Source: a virus. Taken from it: 53,746 nt of DNA. Below are positions 53,385-53,746 of this stretch, in pieces; the stretch's first letter is position 1; the number at the start of each line of letters is the position of its first letter. The stretch lies in IMG/VR virus record IMGVR_UViG_3300009156_000037. One strand, 5' to 3'. The position numbers were made by a program, and so were the translations under genes. A model generated the notes under the pieces. It did no database searches and was not told the origin of the DNA. It saw only the letters and a list, made by a program, of their open reading frames with translations.

Positions 53385-53640
53385 CTTGTTCCTCCATCGC
53401 CTTGATGGTGGCGAGAATGTTCAGGCCCCGCTGGACCCTCGGGTCGGCCACGATCCCCTGATACTCGGGCAGGGTCGGCTTACGCAGCGACAGTCCACCG
53501 TTGTAGTGGACCCATATAGACGGGGCCATGCAGCCCTCGCACAGGGTGACGTCGTCTTCCTGGGGCCCGTCGTCACCGGTCAGGTTGGTGTGCGCCCGGA
53601 AGCCGCGACCGCACCACGCGCACCGTACGTTCTCCTCCAT
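53368..53640 (-). CDS. Zinc-ribbon-like protein; its first 6 codons lie inside TIR-R
   Basis: ATG at 53640 has the same SD and the same MEENVR start as the left-end gene. It then diverges to CAWCGRG ... CEGC. Confidence 0.6.
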   Translation of the reverse strand: MEENVRCAWCGRGFRAHTNLTGDDGPQEDDVTLCEGCMAPSIWVHYNGGLSLRKPTLPEYQGIVADPRVQRGLNILATIKAMEEQDEVGG

Positions 53641-53746
53641 ACCCCCAACCTTACCACCCCTCCCCCCGATACGTCTAGGAGTCATCACTCTATGTAACAG
53701 GAAGCTAACTGGATCTTGCGTAACAGCACTATCTACATAGATCAAC
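53624..53746. repeat. Right terminal inverted repeat (TIR-R), 123 bp
   Basis: Exact reverse complement of nt 1-123. Confidence 0.95.

Larger units (their letters stand above)
1..53746. mobile_element. Complete-looking linear tailed-phage genome bounded by inverted terminal repeats
   Basis: Contiguous terminase-portal-MuF-protease-capsid-connector-chaperone-tape measure-tail-lysis order. Early and replication genes sit on both arms. Window ends coincide exactly with the inverted repeats. Confidence 0.8.

Overview
The window looks like one complete linear dsDNA tailed-phage genome (siphovirus-like, GC-rich). The host is probably actinobacterial: there is a WhiB-like gene, SD-less TANNNT-ATG starts, and pervasive ATGA/GTGA coupled genes. 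It is bounded by perfect 123-bp inverted terminal repeats. There are four transcription blocks. (1) Left end inward, 107-1040 (+), small proteins and an XRE regulator. (2) Leftward replication block, 8063 to 1142 (-): HTH, Cas4-like nuclease, SSB-like protein, primase-polymerase/helicase fusion, ParB-like protein, DGQHR (DndB-like) protein, small Cys proteins. (3) A long rightward late block, 8174-45012 (+): terminase, portal, MuF, protease, a 1434-aa ADP-ribosyltransferase megaprotein, capsid, connectors, tape measure and tail proteins, an ~8-kb nucleotide-sugar/glycosyltransferase island, a secreted ricin-type lectin, and lysis genes. (4) Right end inward, 53640 to 45455 (-): many small early genes including WhiB-like, resolvase-like, SLOG/DUF2493-like and HTH proteins. 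The blocks converge at hairpin terminators, and one tRNA-Met(CAU) lies at the right junction. I recognised no integrase, transposase, protelomerase, DNA polymerase, CRISPR array or rRNA. The most interesting points are the ITR ends combined with a terminase-type packaging module, the ART megaprotein with four helix-extended-helix repeats, the glycan island plus lectin, and the tandem ParB/DGQHR pair. All calls come from motif recognition by eye and no searches were run. Many start codons are provisional.
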